A DNA stretch of 64,000 bases from NCBI RefSeq assembly GCF_964355755.1, contig NC_092680.1, forward strand, positions 14,393,045 through 14,457,044, read 5' to 3'. This stretch comes from Antedon mediterranea. Taxonomy: Eukaryota > Animalia > Echinodermata. This document shows, in pieces, positions 1-13,932 of this stretch. Under the pieces are notes generated by a model. The model saw nothing but the letters and a program-made list of their open reading frames with translations. It did not search any database and was not told where the DNA came from. The translations under genes and the position numbers were made by a program. Position 1 is the first letter of the stretch. Each line of letters begins with the position of its first letter.

Positions 1-977
1 ACATGCTCTCGCACCGAATATTTTATTTTCTTTATATCGCACATTAGTTCTCCCATACTTATATTATTGTAATCTTATTTGGGCAGATGCAAACAACTGC
101 AATTTGAAAACCATTCATTTAAAACAAAAGAAAATAATTAGATTCTGTACAAACTCATCCTGGCTGGCCCATACTGCACCCTTATTTTTAAAATTAAAAA
201 CTTTAACAATCTATGATATTTATAAATTAAAAAGCAATTTTTATGTTTAATTTTGTTAATAATAATCTACCAAGTAATTTCAATACTTTTTGGGCTAGGG
301 TAAAAGAAACACATTGTCATAATACAAGAACATTAAATAATTTGCGTCCGCATAATTTCAGAACAGACCTGGGAATGAATACCATTAAACGGCAAGGACC
401 TATATTGTGGAATGATATAAGCAATTTTATTAAGAACCAATGTACCTTAAGTTTATTTAAGAAGAAATTTATTCACAGTTTATTATCAATGTATCAGTAA
501 TATTATGTTATATTTATATTTAATTAGTAGAGTAACATTATTTAAGTTTACTTAAACAATATATATATACACATATATATGTGTGTGTATGTAAATCTAT
601 TACATTTTTTATCTAAAAGATGATATTCAGATTTTATTACCATGTACTAGTAAAAATAAAAATAACTATATGTAATCTTCATGTTAACCTTCTTAAGAAG
701 TAAGTTAAAAATTATCATTTTATGATCAAAAAGAAATATAATATCTAATTTTCTCCTTTATATAAATATATTATTTTATCCAAGGGTTTGCAAACACAAG
801 TGTTCACATGTCTTGTTATGTATTGCACCTTTGTCTTGTCTTTATGTTGTCTGTAATGTCACTGCACTAACGGGTGACCGGCTAACGAGCTTCGCTCTTA
901 CGGTTATCCATCCATATAAGTTGTTTATCTTATGTTCATAAATTGAAATGGAAAATAAACTGAAACTGAAACTGAAA
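1..977 (+). mobile_element. 3' fragment of an L2-group (Crack-like) LINE, intronic
   Basis: Degenerate RT C-terminal coding region (YCNLIW, HTAPLF, ORF 243-500 with GPILWN). 3'UTR stem-loop GGGTGACCG...CGGTTATCC at about 872-909, then AATAAA and a (CTGAAA)n tail at about 954-977. Confidence 0.75.
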
Positions 978-979
978 TA

Positions 980-1250
980 AGTAATGACATATAAGAGAAC
1001 ACATAGTATTAATTATCTTTGATGATACAGATGTCAATGCACAAGTAATGACATCAAAAGAGAACACAAGGTGTTTTCTTTGATAATACCCACAAAATGA
1101 TGTCAACACAACAAGTAATGACATCCTATAATACAAGGTATTACCTAGATGATACCCACATAATGATGTCAATACACAAAAAGTGATTACATCACATAAA
1201 AGAACACAAAATAATGTAGATGATTATGAGACACATAAAATGATGTAAAT
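980..1250. repeat. Degenerate ~60-65 bp tandem repeat
   Basis: AAGTAATGACAT and ATGATGTCAA..CACAA motifs recur about every 60-65 bp. Confidence 0.5.
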
Positions 1251-1281
1251 TACATTATAAATAATTTTTTTCATTTCAAAG

Positions 1282-1331
1282 GATCCGGCCAGCAGCCTGT
1301 CAATTTTACTACTGTTCTTTCTAACTTTAGG
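1282..1331 (+). CDS. Possible small ATP8B exon
   Basis: TTTCATTTCAAAG acceptor and a 50-nt open frame (phase 1 in, phase 0 out), which fits the phase-0 start of exon 3231. The GTTAAT donor is weak and the peptide is not recognisable. Confidence 0.25.
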
Positions 1332-1999
1332 GTTAATTTGAATAAAAGTAATAGAAAGTCTGTGTTGTATTGTGTTTTAATAACCGCAAATTAATTTAAA
1401 AGGAAATTTGTCAAAGATGAAATGTACTGCCAGTATTTTTCAATTTTAACAAAATTTCATTTTAAATTAATTTGAGGTTATCTGCATATTTGAAGTCTAT
1501 CACAGTAGCATGTATGCGACAGTAGCTTGGTGGTAGCAGACATGCCATCCAGTCCTAGCTTCTCTGCTGCTGCTTCCAATCCTAAATAATCGAATAACTG
1601 AGTTTAGAAATTATGAGTAATAGATACTCCACCCTTGTTTATATCCTGAATTATATTCTAAAGTCATCATCGTCATCATCACAGAGAATATTGACCAGTG
1701 TGCATAGACAATTTATTTTCTTTTTTGTGTCATTCTCTATTTTATCCAGGTAGTTTTGGGTCATACCCTTGGTTTCTTTAACTTTTCTCAAATTCAGACG
1801 GCTCTTTGCGCTGAGATATCTAGACTAGACTAGAATACTAAAATATAAAGAAAAAAATAATGAAACTGAAGATGTGTGGCTCATCTTTTCTGAACTGTTT
1901 TATTTCTGTGATTTCTGTTATTGCATACTAAAAGTTCATGTATTTGTTGTATGAAAAGCAATTATGTTTAAAATTCTGTGTTTACTGTTAATGTATCTC

Positions 2000-3200
2000 A
2001 AAATATCAGGTTGTGGTCCATATCTATTCTCTTCATAATTTATGCAAATGATTTCAATAATATATCTAATGTCATGTCGTCAATGCTGTTTGCGGATGAT
2101 TCAAGTCTGTTTTATTCACATGATGATGATCCAGATAGTCTCTGTGACATCGTTAATCAAGAACTAAAAAAGGTTACTACTTGGATACATGCAAACAAGC
2201 TATCACTAAATATGCTAAAAACCAATTTTATGTTGTTTAGTAACAAATATAGTATGTTACCAAAAGATATTATTTTCAACAATGTTCCTATTAATCAAAT
2301 AACCAACACAAAATTTCTTGTTATATTTATTGACGACAGACTTGACTGGAAAGCCCATGTTAATTACCTTTGCAAATTATTATCAAAAAATGTTGGCATG
2401 ATGTATAAATTGAAATCAATATTTCCTCAAAAAGTATTAAATATTTTATATTCTACTCTTATTTTATCGTACTTAAATTATGGTGTTCTTGCTTGGGGAA
2501 ATGCTTCAAAATCAACTATTACTAAAATTTTATTAATCCAGAAACGAGCTGTCAGAATTATCTCAGGGGTAACTTTTCGTGCTCACACCCAAGATCTCTT
2601 TCAAAAAAATAAAATATTAAAAATGGAGGATCTCTATAGATTTAATGTTGGTGTCATCATGTTTCAATTAACCGCCGGACACTTACCACCTATAATATCC
2701 CACCTATAATATCCAGTAAATTCACTCAAAATAAACAATACCACACTCACCAAACAAGACAAAAAGATCAGTATCACCTGCCACTTACTCGAACTAGTCT
2801 TAAAATGAATACCCTTGTATACACTGGACCTAAACTCTGGAATTCTCTTCCTTTATCTCTTAAAAAATCTCATAACTGTGCTTTGTTTAAACGTCAATTT
2901 AAACTATTATTCTTTGTAAATTCTTTTATTATTGATATATTTGATATTTCTTAAATAATTTATATAATCTATTTTTTACTTGTTTTTTTAGTTTTAAACA
3001 TGTTAAACTTATGTGTTAGTTAGAGAAAAGATATTAGTTTAATTGGTTTTTTTTTTTAGTTTCTAATTATGTTATATTATTTATATTTTATTTGTTTTGT
3101 TTTGAGGAGCCTATTCACCACAAGCTTTGCTTTCTTTTAGGCTCCTCCACTTTATATTTATATATTTGTAAAGTGAAATAAATAAATGAAATAAATGAAA
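2000..3200 (+). mobile_element. 5'-truncated L2-group (Crack-like) LINE, RT C-terminal half
   Basis: ORF 1978-2709 has LFADDS, NKLSLN and QKRAVRII. 3'UTR hairpin GAGGAGCCTA...TAGGCTCCTC at 3104-3147, and an AATAAATAAATGAAATAAATGAAA tail ending at about 3200. Confidence 0.85.
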
Positions 3201-3230
3201 ATCTGATCCAATTTTAATTATTCTTTGTAG

Positions 3231-6200
3231 GATACTCCAAAAGTTGACTTCTCCAAAAACAAATGGTATGAAGAAAGCTTTGATTTTTATGATGAAACAC
3301 TAAAAAATGGAGTGGACAATGGAGATCGGCAAACCTGGTTGTTCTTCAGACTGCTAGCACTTTGCCACACAGTGATGGCGGAACATGGTGATGACGGTAA
3401 GATTTACATAGTACCACCATCTTACTAGAAAGCGATTGTACTACAATGGCCAAACCGGCCTAGATCTTGCTTGATTGGCAGTAGAGTTGTGGTTATGGGA
3501 CAAAGCGTCTGTGATTGGGATGGAACGACATAGTCTGCGTAAATTTTGGACATGTTCAAAATTTACGTGGCAACATCGGGCCAGTCCAGAATGCAGCTTT
3601 TACGGCTCCTGATCAGCTGTCATCGTCGTACAATCTCCATTTATGGGGGTCCAACAGGACTCAATCACCTATAATAGAGTAGAACCGGGGCAGAAGCGCC
3701 TTTAACTCTGGGTCCTTTTTGGACATGCTAGCGGGCCGTTTCGACTGCATCCATGGCTGTTCAGCACCGATCGCATATGCTGGTACACTGAGCTCACAGC
3801 CACTGTCACTGTGTCACAAAGCAGGTCTTGACATGCTGCACAGCCCTGCTACACACGTAATAGAAAAAAGCCAACAAGATAAAAGTTATCACAAATATGA
3901 CCCAATTTATTTATTATTTTATTGTTGAAAATTATACTTTATAAACAATACAATGACAAATATATTAACATGTGAAATATTTTATTATTAGTGTTCTTTA
4001 TGTCCTTTAAAGTGATAATGTCCTTTTACTCTGGATCTCGGTCAATACTTGGGGCTTGTTGCATTGTGTTCAGTAGTATTTGCCATCTCTGGGCCAGGAT
4101 CCCAAAAGAATTTTCCACAACACGTCTTCCCCTTGATATCCTGTAATTCTATATCCTTTCTTGTCTGTCAAGCCCTCTGTAGGAAAAGGTTTCACGAGAA
4201 AGGCATCATCCCCTAGGACCCATTGTCATTGGGTAGAAAATGGATTAGGGAAACCAATGGTGCCATAAAGTATACATTCTTTGAGCTCTGATTCAGATTT
4301 GTGCATCTGACATGTAACCAACTCCACTACAGTCTATCCAGATAAATTTGTATTGAGCATCTACCAGAGCAAGTAGGACCACAGTGAAGAACCCTTTATA
4401 GTTGTGATACAAGGAGCCAGAATTAGCAGCACGTCTTAGTGCCACATGCATGTGGCACATTCTATCTTCTTTGGTATTCTTCAGAAATTGGCAACAATCT
4501 TGTGGAGTAGTTGGAAATTTCACCAACTCATTCTTGTATTCTTCTCCTCAGTTTCCAGTTAAGCTTGAGGACTAAGATAATTACCTTTACCTTTTACTTA
4601 TGGCTTGACAAACTTCAGGAATTATACTGCATATGGAGTACTTGTCTCGTGAAGCCAAGTGTCTGATGGTGATGGCCAGCTCCAAGTCTGGTTATAGACA
4701 TTTTCTGAAATGTGTGTTTGCCTTCTCAATTCTGGGCCCACTCTTCTTAAAATGTCATCAAACATTTCTGAATCAATTCTCAAATAAATGAAGAATGATG
4801 TGGTATCTTCCATTCTGAGCTCTCTCATCAATCTGTCACAATAGCCAAATTCATTTCGTCTTGGTGCAGACAACCATACACGTAACACAATCGCTGTAGC
4901 ACGGCTGTAGCCTAGTACCTATGTAGTAGAGTATCTAAAAATAGAAATTAAAGCCGATTTACATATCGGGATGGATCGTCATGGTCTCCCTAGATCAGCT
5001 TCTAGTGAGATGGAGGTACTACTCATGTGAAAACAATTTAGTTAAAAAATTGTATGAGAAGGTACGATATCTGACCGTACCATCTAGGTACAAGATGGCA
5101 AGATGGAGCGTTAAACCATTTGTCGTCTGTCCATGACAAAGAACTCTCATTTTATTTTTATCTTTCAGGAAGCCTAACATACCAAGCACAGTCCCCTGAT
5201 GAAGCAGCATTAGTTGGTGCTGCAAGGAATTTTGGTTTCACCTTCAAAGTTAGTTTTTAGTTTAAAAAGAAAATTTTTTTTTTCATTTATTTACTATATA
5301 CTATTGGATCATTTTCTGGTATTGTAATGTGCAAACCTTTTTGTAGGAATTGCATTGTTTCTAGTGTGTTTAAATTCCAACTTGTTTGTTTTTAGTCACG
5401 TACGCCAACAACTATCACGATTGATGTTCAAGGAAGGGAAGATACATACGAACTTCTTCAAATCTTGGATTTCAATAACGTACGTAAACGAATGTCGGTT
5501 ATTGTGAGACAAAATAATCGCATCAAGTTATTCTGCAAAGGTGCAGATAACGTTGTCTTTGAGAGACTGGGTGAAGCGAGCGTCTTTCTGCAAGATGTTA
5601 CGCAAGAACATTTAAATGTAAGTTTAATAAGATAATACATTGTTGTTGTTGTTATAATTCTGTTACACTATATTTCATACTGAATTGTACTGCTGAGTTA
5701 TGATTATTTATTATAGTAATTGTAACTATGAGTTGCGACATTGAATTACAATGATGCATTTTATGGTGAATAGCAACGGTGAGTTTGATGAGAGTTACTG
5801 CTAAGTTGAACTGAACTCAAGTTGCAGTGTGCTGTTTTGAGTTGCGGTGTGCTGTTTTGAGTTGCAGTGTGCTGTTTTGAGTTGCAGTGTGCTGTTTTGA
5901 GTTGCAGTGTGCTGTTTTGAGTTGCAGTGTGCTGTTTTGAGTTGCGGTGTGCTGTTTTGAGTTGCGGTGTGCTGTTTTGAGTTGCGGTGTGCTGTTTTGA
6001 GTTGCGGTGTGCTGTTTTGTGTTGCAGTGTGCTGTTTTGAGTTGCGGTGTGCTGTTTTGTGTTGCGGTGTGCTGTTTTGTGTTGCGGTGTGCTGTTTTGA
6101 GTTGCGGTGTGCTGTTTTGAGTTGCGGTGTGCTGTTTTGAGTTGCGGTGTGCTGTTTTGAGTTGCGGTGTGCTGTTTTGAGTTGCGGTGTGCTGTTTTGA

Positions 6201-9200
6201 GTTGCGGTGTGCTGTTTTGTGTTGCGGTGTGCTGTTTTGAGTTGCGGTGTGCTGTTTTGAGTTGCGGTGTGCTGTTTTGTGTTGCGGTGTGCTGTTTTGA
6301 GTTGCGGTGTGCTGTTTTGAGTTGCGGTGTGCTGTTTTGAGTTGCGGTGTGCTGTTTTGAGTTGCGGTGTGCTGTTTTGTGTTGCGGTGTGCTGTTTTGA
6401 GTTGCGGTGTGCTGTTTTTAGTTGCGGTTTACTGTTTTGTGTTGCGGTTTACTAATTTATGTTGTGGTGTATTATACCAACTTGATTGATGTATCTGTGT
6501 AATTGTTATTGGTTAATTTTTGTATTTTTTTTTTTTTTTGTCTTAACAGGACTTTGCAAATGAAGGACTTAGGACTTTGGTTTTAGCAATGCGGGATATA
6601 AAAGATGAAGAATACAATGAGTGGAACTTGAGATACCATGAAGCTTCGTATGATTTTTTATTCTCCGTTGTTAATTTTTGTTTCTGAACAAAATTGTTTA
6701 TGTTTGTAAACTGTATTTCTGATTTAGAAGAAAATGGCATTATATATATAATTTTTAATATTTAACATCGTTATTGTATGTAACAAATTAGTTTGTCAAT
6801 AATGTTTGAATAAATGTAACATAGTTTAGCAATACAATGGAATTGCGAGAGCGCTTCAATACATAATAAATGAACTAAAATATGTAGCATATTATAAATG
6901 CACAACAGACATTATTGTGCCCTAAAGGCTTTGGATTGTAGTGCACTTTATGGCTGAGAAATAAAGAGATATAAATATACTGTACAATAACCAACCAGCA
7001 GGGTAATTGCCACATGTGAATGTCAATGGTTTGACAACAAAATCTTTTTAATATATTAAGCCATCGACATTGGTACATTGTTATATCATGAGAAATTTGT
7101 AAATTACTATTTTCATGAAAATTGATTTGTATTATTGTGTTGTAGAACGGCACTGAAGGACCGAGAAGAAAAGGTGTGTGCCCTCCAAGAGGAGATTGAG
7201 AAGGACATGTTGTTGCTGGGTGCAACAGCAATTGAAGATAAACTTCAAGATGGTGTTCCACAAACTATTGAGAATCTTATCAAGGTACTAATATTGGTAC
7301 AGCCTCATATATTTGGGGACATTTTCTTCGCCGAATCTGTTTCTTTAATGGTTCTAATGTAGTATTTTTCGAGCTAAAACTAATACAATAATTCATTTTT
7401 GTGCAAAACTATTAGTTAGTCACATTTAATTTGAATTTATTTTTTAGTTTATTTCACATTCATCCAACAGCAATATCGCCAATTACAGGAATTTGAATTC
7501 AATTGCATGCAGTAGCGTTTATTTCACAAATTTATATTTTTCAAAACAATAACTGTTGTAGTAGCATTGTATATAGGAGACTAACCTGGTTTCAATCACA
7601 GTATGCATGGATTACAATCCTTGCTCTTTTGCAGAACCAAACAGTGCCTGCACACCTAATAAATAATCTTTATAGTATAGTGTGCTTGTTTTAGATATTG
7701 AAAATATTTGAATAGAGGACAATTTTTCAATTTATAAACTTAGTACAATTAAACATGTTTGCTTGTTTGCTTTCAGCTTGCAGATATATGCTTTAAGCTT
7801 GCAGATATCCTGGTTTGTGAATAAATATACTAAAAGATGAGATCATATAAATATTGCGCATCATACAATTGAGAAATAGTTCTGTTCCGTCGTAGGGTGT
7901 TAAAGAGTCACTATCCAATTAAAATTGAATATCACTGGCCAGTTTAGATATTATTCTGTGTCTGTTAATTTATATATATGTTTTTCTATAGGGTAATATT
8001 AAAGTGTGGGTGTTGACAGGCGACAAACAAGAAACAGCTATCAATATTGGATACTCGTGTCGTCTGCTAACAGACCAGTTCAACGAGGTGTTTGTTATCA
8101 ATCAAACAGAGGAGGAAGATGTCAAACAAATTGTCTATGACACTCTTGATAAGATTTGTGATACCATGGGGATAAAGAACAAGATGAGATGTGATGAGGA
8201 TGATATTGTTGATGAGGATGATGACGAAGAAGATGACAAGAAGAATTTGGAACAACTGGCTAGTATCTATAGTTTTGCGATTGTGATCACTGGAGCCAGC
8301 TTGGTAAGTTATTATTAATACACTTAAAGGCCATCTGAGGTTGTACAAAACAAAATTTTATGTTAGCCAGTCATTTACTTACACATTCTCAAAACTTACA
8401 TTTTGCTTAAAATGCTGCCAGAGAGGTAGAGATGGCTGCTAGAAAACTCTTGAACTGTGCATTTTCAGTATTAAAAAAAACGTATCTTAGAACCGCTTTT
8501 TTATAGCGCTTTTAAGAGATCGTGCGTAATGCTTAAAAACATTCAAATAGACAACTTTGAAGCATTTTTATATAGAATTTTATAAGGTTTTTTAGAATTA
8601 TTTTCTGAATATTCAAAAGGTCAATACTTCAATATCAAGGAAATTCAGACTTACTATAGAGGGGTAAACAATCTTTTGTAAAAGCCTATTCCCCTAAATT
8701 TGTTTTTTTGCCTTGGCATCTACAGGTACATGCACTGCAAGCAGATATTGAACAGATTTTCCTTGAGGCCGCTTGTTTCTGCAAAACCATAATCTGTTGC
8801 CGTGTCACTCCCTTGCAAAAGGCACAGGTCGTTAACCTTGTCAAGAAATACAAGAAAGCAGTGACACTTGCAATAGGAGATGGCGCTAATGATGTCAGTA
8901 TGATAAAAGGTAACTAGAGACACTATGTTCAATTGAACATGAACTCAGTCACCCATTATGTGCAATCATAACTGAAATGTAATAATACGGTATTATGTTA
9001 TGTCAATATGTTATTAATTTTCTCCTTTGAAATGATCCATTAATCCTAATGTTGATTGAACCACTTAAAGCACTATAGTCTCTAATGGCATGGACATGTA
9101 GGTCCATGGTCTGTCCATGATTTTATGTACCTATTTGTGAAAAAAAATATCCCCTTCCCGACCTTTGATAGAATCTAGCTGTAGTAGTCTTAAGACTTTA

Positions 9201-11581
9201 CTACATCTTATGGCTTGGCTTATGTCTAAGTAAAACATAGTTCCAAACCCTAACCCAATTCACCAATCTATATCTAAATATCTAATATTAAAAGTTATAT
9301 ATATATATTATATCTTATTTAAAAATAATTTTAATTAAAATTAAATGTACATATTTTTTTTTTTTAGCTGCACATATTGGTGTTGGAATTAGCGGTCAAG
9401 AGGGAATGCAAGCTGTATTGGCAAGTGATTTTTCATTTGGTCAGTTTCGGTTCCTTGAACGGTTGTTGCTTGTTCACGGACGTTGGTCGTATGTGCGTAT
9501 GAGCAAGTTCTTGTCTTATTTTTTCTACAAGAATTTTGCATTTACACTCAGTCATTTTTGGTTTGCCTTCTATTGTGGCTTTTCTGCTATGGTAAGTAAA
9601 GGATTTGTTTATAAGATATGTATTGTTTGTATGAAATATAATTTTGCTATGTTACCCAACCTAATAATATACTGTATATTTGTTTATGTTAGATTATTTG
9701 TTTGATTTCTACTCAAAACAACTCGTAATAAAATAATGTTGTTGGTTCTTCTTTCTAGGCTGTATATGATCAATGGTTTATTACGTTGTACAATATTGTA
9801 TTCACATCTCTTCCTGTCATAGCCCTTGGGATCTTTGATCAGGTAAGTTTAATATTGACTAAACATATATGTCTGTATAGTCCAGTGGATATGTATCAAT
9901 AAACATATGTCAGTGTTGGCTATATCATTTGCAGCACTCAATGTTTACAATTGAAAAGCACTACTTACAATATTTCTAAATATTTTGTACAGGATGTTAA
10001 TGAGGATATGTGTATCAGATTTCCAGCCTTGTATAAACCGGGACAGAAAAATGAATACTTCAACTATTGGGTGTTCACTAAAAGTGTAGTAGCAGGAACG
10101 GTCACATCACTTACACTCTTCTTTGTTTGTTATGGTATGTCATCTTGTTGATTTTTATTTTTTACAAGATTTACAATTCAGAGCGAATCGACCTTACAAT
10201 TAGGAGAAACTAAATGTTTGTTTCCTAAATTTTTACTCCAGGTAATAGCACTATTGCTATTAATAATAGATAACAGTAACTGTCTATATACAAATGTTTC
10301 TAAGCATTTATTTATTATTTATTTCCACTTATTTATTTTGAGAGGGTAACCCTTCTAGAGAAACAGTTTTCACTACTCAGTTCTCTAGCAAGTTCCAAAT
10401 TAAAGAGCTTGTCTGGTACAACATTATTATATTTGGTATACACAACTTTACAATTATTCTAATTGAAAAGTGTACAGCTATCTACTTTACTTCAACATAC
10501 TATTATGTATTATCTTGTTTTTAGGAACCTTTTTAGATGTGGTGAACCCAGACGGTACACCAGCAGGTTCACAGACTACCTTTGGATGTGTTCTGGCTAC
10601 CATGTTGGTTTTGGTTGTAAACTTCAAGGTAATTAATATTTATGCTTGCATAATAATTGTTGGCGTCCAGTGCGGATAAGAGTAATAAAACTAGTTCAAA
10701 TTTAGTTACTTGTCTTTTTTTTACAAATAATTAGAATTGTCAAAACATGTTATTTACTGTTTCAATAAAGAGACAGAATTGGTATATTTTAACCATCAAC
10801 CCAACTGCACTGTCCATGTAAAAGTGAAATAAAAATAAAGAGTGCAATTTTAGTTGATGACAAACTGTGAATTGTACCTGACAGGCAAGTAATAACATGT
10901 TTTTGTTATGTTTAGATGGCAATGGACACAGCATATTGGACAGTATTCAACCACGTCTGTATCTGGTTAAGTATTATTTCCTACTGGATTGTAGTCTTCA
11001 TCATGTACAGCGACCTCATGTACGAGTTCTTCTTTGCCATCTTCACGTTTGTTGGTTCAGCACGTGTTATGTGTACAATGCCAACTTTCTGGTTTAGTAT
11101 GCCTCTTGTATGTGTAATATTACTTATGCCTGTAGCCGGTAAGCGTGCCATTGCGATGGACGTCGCACCAACACTTGCAGAGAAAGTGCGCATTCTACAA
11201 CAGCAAGAAGCAATCCAAGCTAAGGAAGATAAAGACAATGTTGTTGAACTTAAGGCGTTCAAGCGTACAGATGATGAAGGCAGTATAAATGGTAAAGTTA
11301 CTAAAAAGGACAAACCTAGAGGTCATAAAGATTCCATTCGAGAGGATGGTATCAGTAGAAGGCGCCCTCAATCTGCTGGCTCTGGTTATGCGTTTTCGCA
11401 CCAAGAAGGTTTTGGTAGAATGATCACGTCCGGTACAATTCGCGACAGTCAAAGGCGGAAGAAAGGAAGAGAAAAGAACGGAACAGCATCTTCTACCGAA
11501 CGTCGTAAGTCTAGTGCAAATAGCAGAGACACAGATAGTGGACGTGGGTCTGCATTAAAGGATGAAGAGCTCATTGTATAA
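3231..11581 (+). CDS. ATP8B: P4-type phospholipid-transporting ATPase, ATP8B subfamily (3' part; 5' exons lie upstream of the window)
   Basis: Exons 3231-3396, 5169-5248, 5396-5617, 6550-6647, 7146-7284, 7992-8303, 8726-8909, 9368-9591, 9759-9842, 9993-10134, 10525-10628, 10916-11581; all GT-AG and phase-consistent. Motifs [85 protein letters not shown], and C-tail [11 protein letters not shown]. Confidence 0.95.
3430..5110 (-). mobile_element. Decayed PIF/Harbinger DNA transposon with HARBI1-type DDE transposase remnants (boundaries approximate)
   Basis: Minus-strand peptides [54 protein letters not shown] and [11 protein letters not shown], with frameshifts and stops. Near-perfect palindrome CGTAAATTTTGGACATGTTCAAAATTTACG at 3538-3567. 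Confidence 0.85.
5821..6470. repeat. Minisatellite, 20-bp unit GTTGCGGTGTGCTGTTTTGA, 30 near-perfect copies plus a decayed end
   Basis: Directly visible tandem array with no spacers, inside an ATP8B intron. Confidence 0.98.
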
Positions 11582-13819
11582 GAAGCAGCAATCCCATGAG
11601 GCTTAGGGAATAAATGAAAGTTATATCAGGAATTTTATATGCACTTGAATAGAGAATATAATGCAAGTTTATAGAAGATCCCTATATTCAAAGTATAACA
11701 TAGTAACCAAGTTTGGTTTTATAATAGATATTTTTTGACGGGTTTGAAACAAAGAGAAATAAGCACAAAGTGTAGTGCTGTTTCATCAGCATACGCCGAA
11801 ACAATACTATATTTCTACATTGTAATATTAAGTTTCCATTGGTGTATATTTTGTTTTATTGTGTATAGTTTGTACAGCATATTCAACATTTCTATATACT
11901 GTAGTGGGTAGTGAATGTTTATTAAGTTTTTAAAAGAACAAAATCTTTGTTTTAGAATTTTAAGATACTTTACTATGTACATTTTGGGGCGACTATATTA
12001 TTATATAATTATTTTAGTAGAAAACTATTTTTGTACTTATTATTTGTTCTTTTGTTAACTTTTAATGTAATATTTCATATAGACTATGTATTGTGTTCTT
12101 AAATAGAAATTGGATGTGTAATATTTAGATATAACAACTTGTTATATACTGGGATAAATAACATGACTAATATTTATTACTGAAGACATTTTGGTGATGA
12201 AATAGAAAATAAATGTATTGTTGTGGTTTGTTGATAATAGGATCAGACCATAATAATGGTCAAATTCATTGAATTTTGTAAACAGAAATTTACCAAAGCA
12301 CTTGTATAGGTTATTGTGTATAGATATATTATGTTTTTTTTGATAGATCAGAGATGAAACAATTTATTAGAGGCTGCATAAATATTTCACGTTATTTGTC
12401 TTTACACACTTTGGTTTACTGCTATGCTCACACATCCCTGTCTTTATACTATGTGTGTTCTGTTTCCTGTTTACAATTGGCCATACATATTTGCATATTA
12501 CCAGGTATGATAATATTGTTTTTAAATAAACATAATATATACGGAAGATCACAATTTATGAGCTGCAAAAATGATTAATTATTGATTAATTGCAAAGTTA
12601 GATGAAATACATTATACTCTACAGATTTGTTGTTAAAATTCACAATCAATGACAGGTTTAGCATTTGTTAAAATGATTAAAACCAATATAAACAGGAATG
12701 TAACAAATACAATTGGCTATGTTCTTAATCTGGTTGGGGTGGGGGAAAAGGGTGTGGGGTGGGAATATGACATAAAAATCTTCTGATAAAATACTAATTG
12801 CTTGGTTAGATTTAGCCTTTAGTTCCCTTATCTGCTTTGTGCTCTTAATACTCAGTTCATTGTGTTGCATTGTCGAGGCTACTGTAGTACTGTATGTCTC
12901 AAACTTTTCCCCATATGAATATAATAATCGCACTGCAAAGTACTCTCGATAAACATGAGCAAAATCTTGCTGCATAACTAAACTGAGAAGAGGGAACAAT
13001 GCAAGAATTTTATTAAAAATTCACTTTTTATTAACCAACAATTCTCTACAATAGTTGTATTCTATTTTTATACAGTATGTTGCCTATGTTGTAATAAGGA
13101 TAGTTCATAAAATATAGTATGACTGCCAATTCACCCTGTAACATTCAGTTCCTTCTTCATCTCTGACAAACATAAATGAAATGCATTTGTTGAATATTTA
13201 GTTTCTTCCACATATCATGTGCCTTAAGGACCAACAAATCAGTTGTAAACCAAAAGTAAGATTAAGAAGATTAATACAATGCATGTTTCTAGTCAACACA
13301 TTATTCTGTTATGATTATTATTATTACTGTAAATCATTGTAGATTAATAGACATTATGTAAGATCATAAAGATGCAATTATTATTGTATTTATAATTATT
13401 ATATTAACATTAACTCAACAGGTATAGATTCCACACTGCATTAAAAAAAAAAAATATCATAATATTGTGATGGTTGTAAATCAAAATGGACACCTTTGCG
13501 CCAACCAGTACATGGTCTCAGTCACTGAAAACTACCTATATAAATAATGTAGTGAGCTGAGAGCAGTACAGTGTGGAATTTTGTCGATTAGTTTAATTTA
13601 AATGCCACATAATGCAGTGCAGTAGTTTGTTAGTATGGTTACATTCCAGCATGTATTATATAACAATGGCAACAATTGCTTGGTTAATAATGATTAAGAA
13701 GGTTTAAAAAAGTTGTGACCTGTCCTATGCACAAACTTTTTTTTCATATTTTGTCATAATAGACATGACGTTTTGAATTCTGCTAAAAATGTGATGTGCC
13801 CATATGGACATGATGATGC

Positions 13820-13932
13820 CATATCACTACCATATTTAGGCACATCACTACCATATTTAGGCACATCACTACCATATTTAGGCATATCACTACCATATTT
13901 AGGCATATCACTACCATATTTAGGCACATCAC
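13820..13932. repeat. 21-bp tandem repeat CA(T/C)ATCACTACCATATTTAGG, about 5.4 copies
   Basis: Directly visible; it explains the repetitive ORFs 13754-13990 and 13773-14012. Confidence 0.95.

Noticed and set aside
4293-4888. Domesticated HARBI1 gene
   Set aside because: Frameshifts, stops, a deletion at the first catalytic region and an internal insertion mark it as a dead transposon.
5821-6470. CRISPR array
   Set aside because: Units are contiguous with no unique spacers, there are no cas genes, and the context is a eukaryotic intron.
10981-11452. Antisense ORFs over the last ATP8B exon (similar ones over other exons and the LINE)
   Set aside because: Shadow frames of real coding sequence with no independent motifs.
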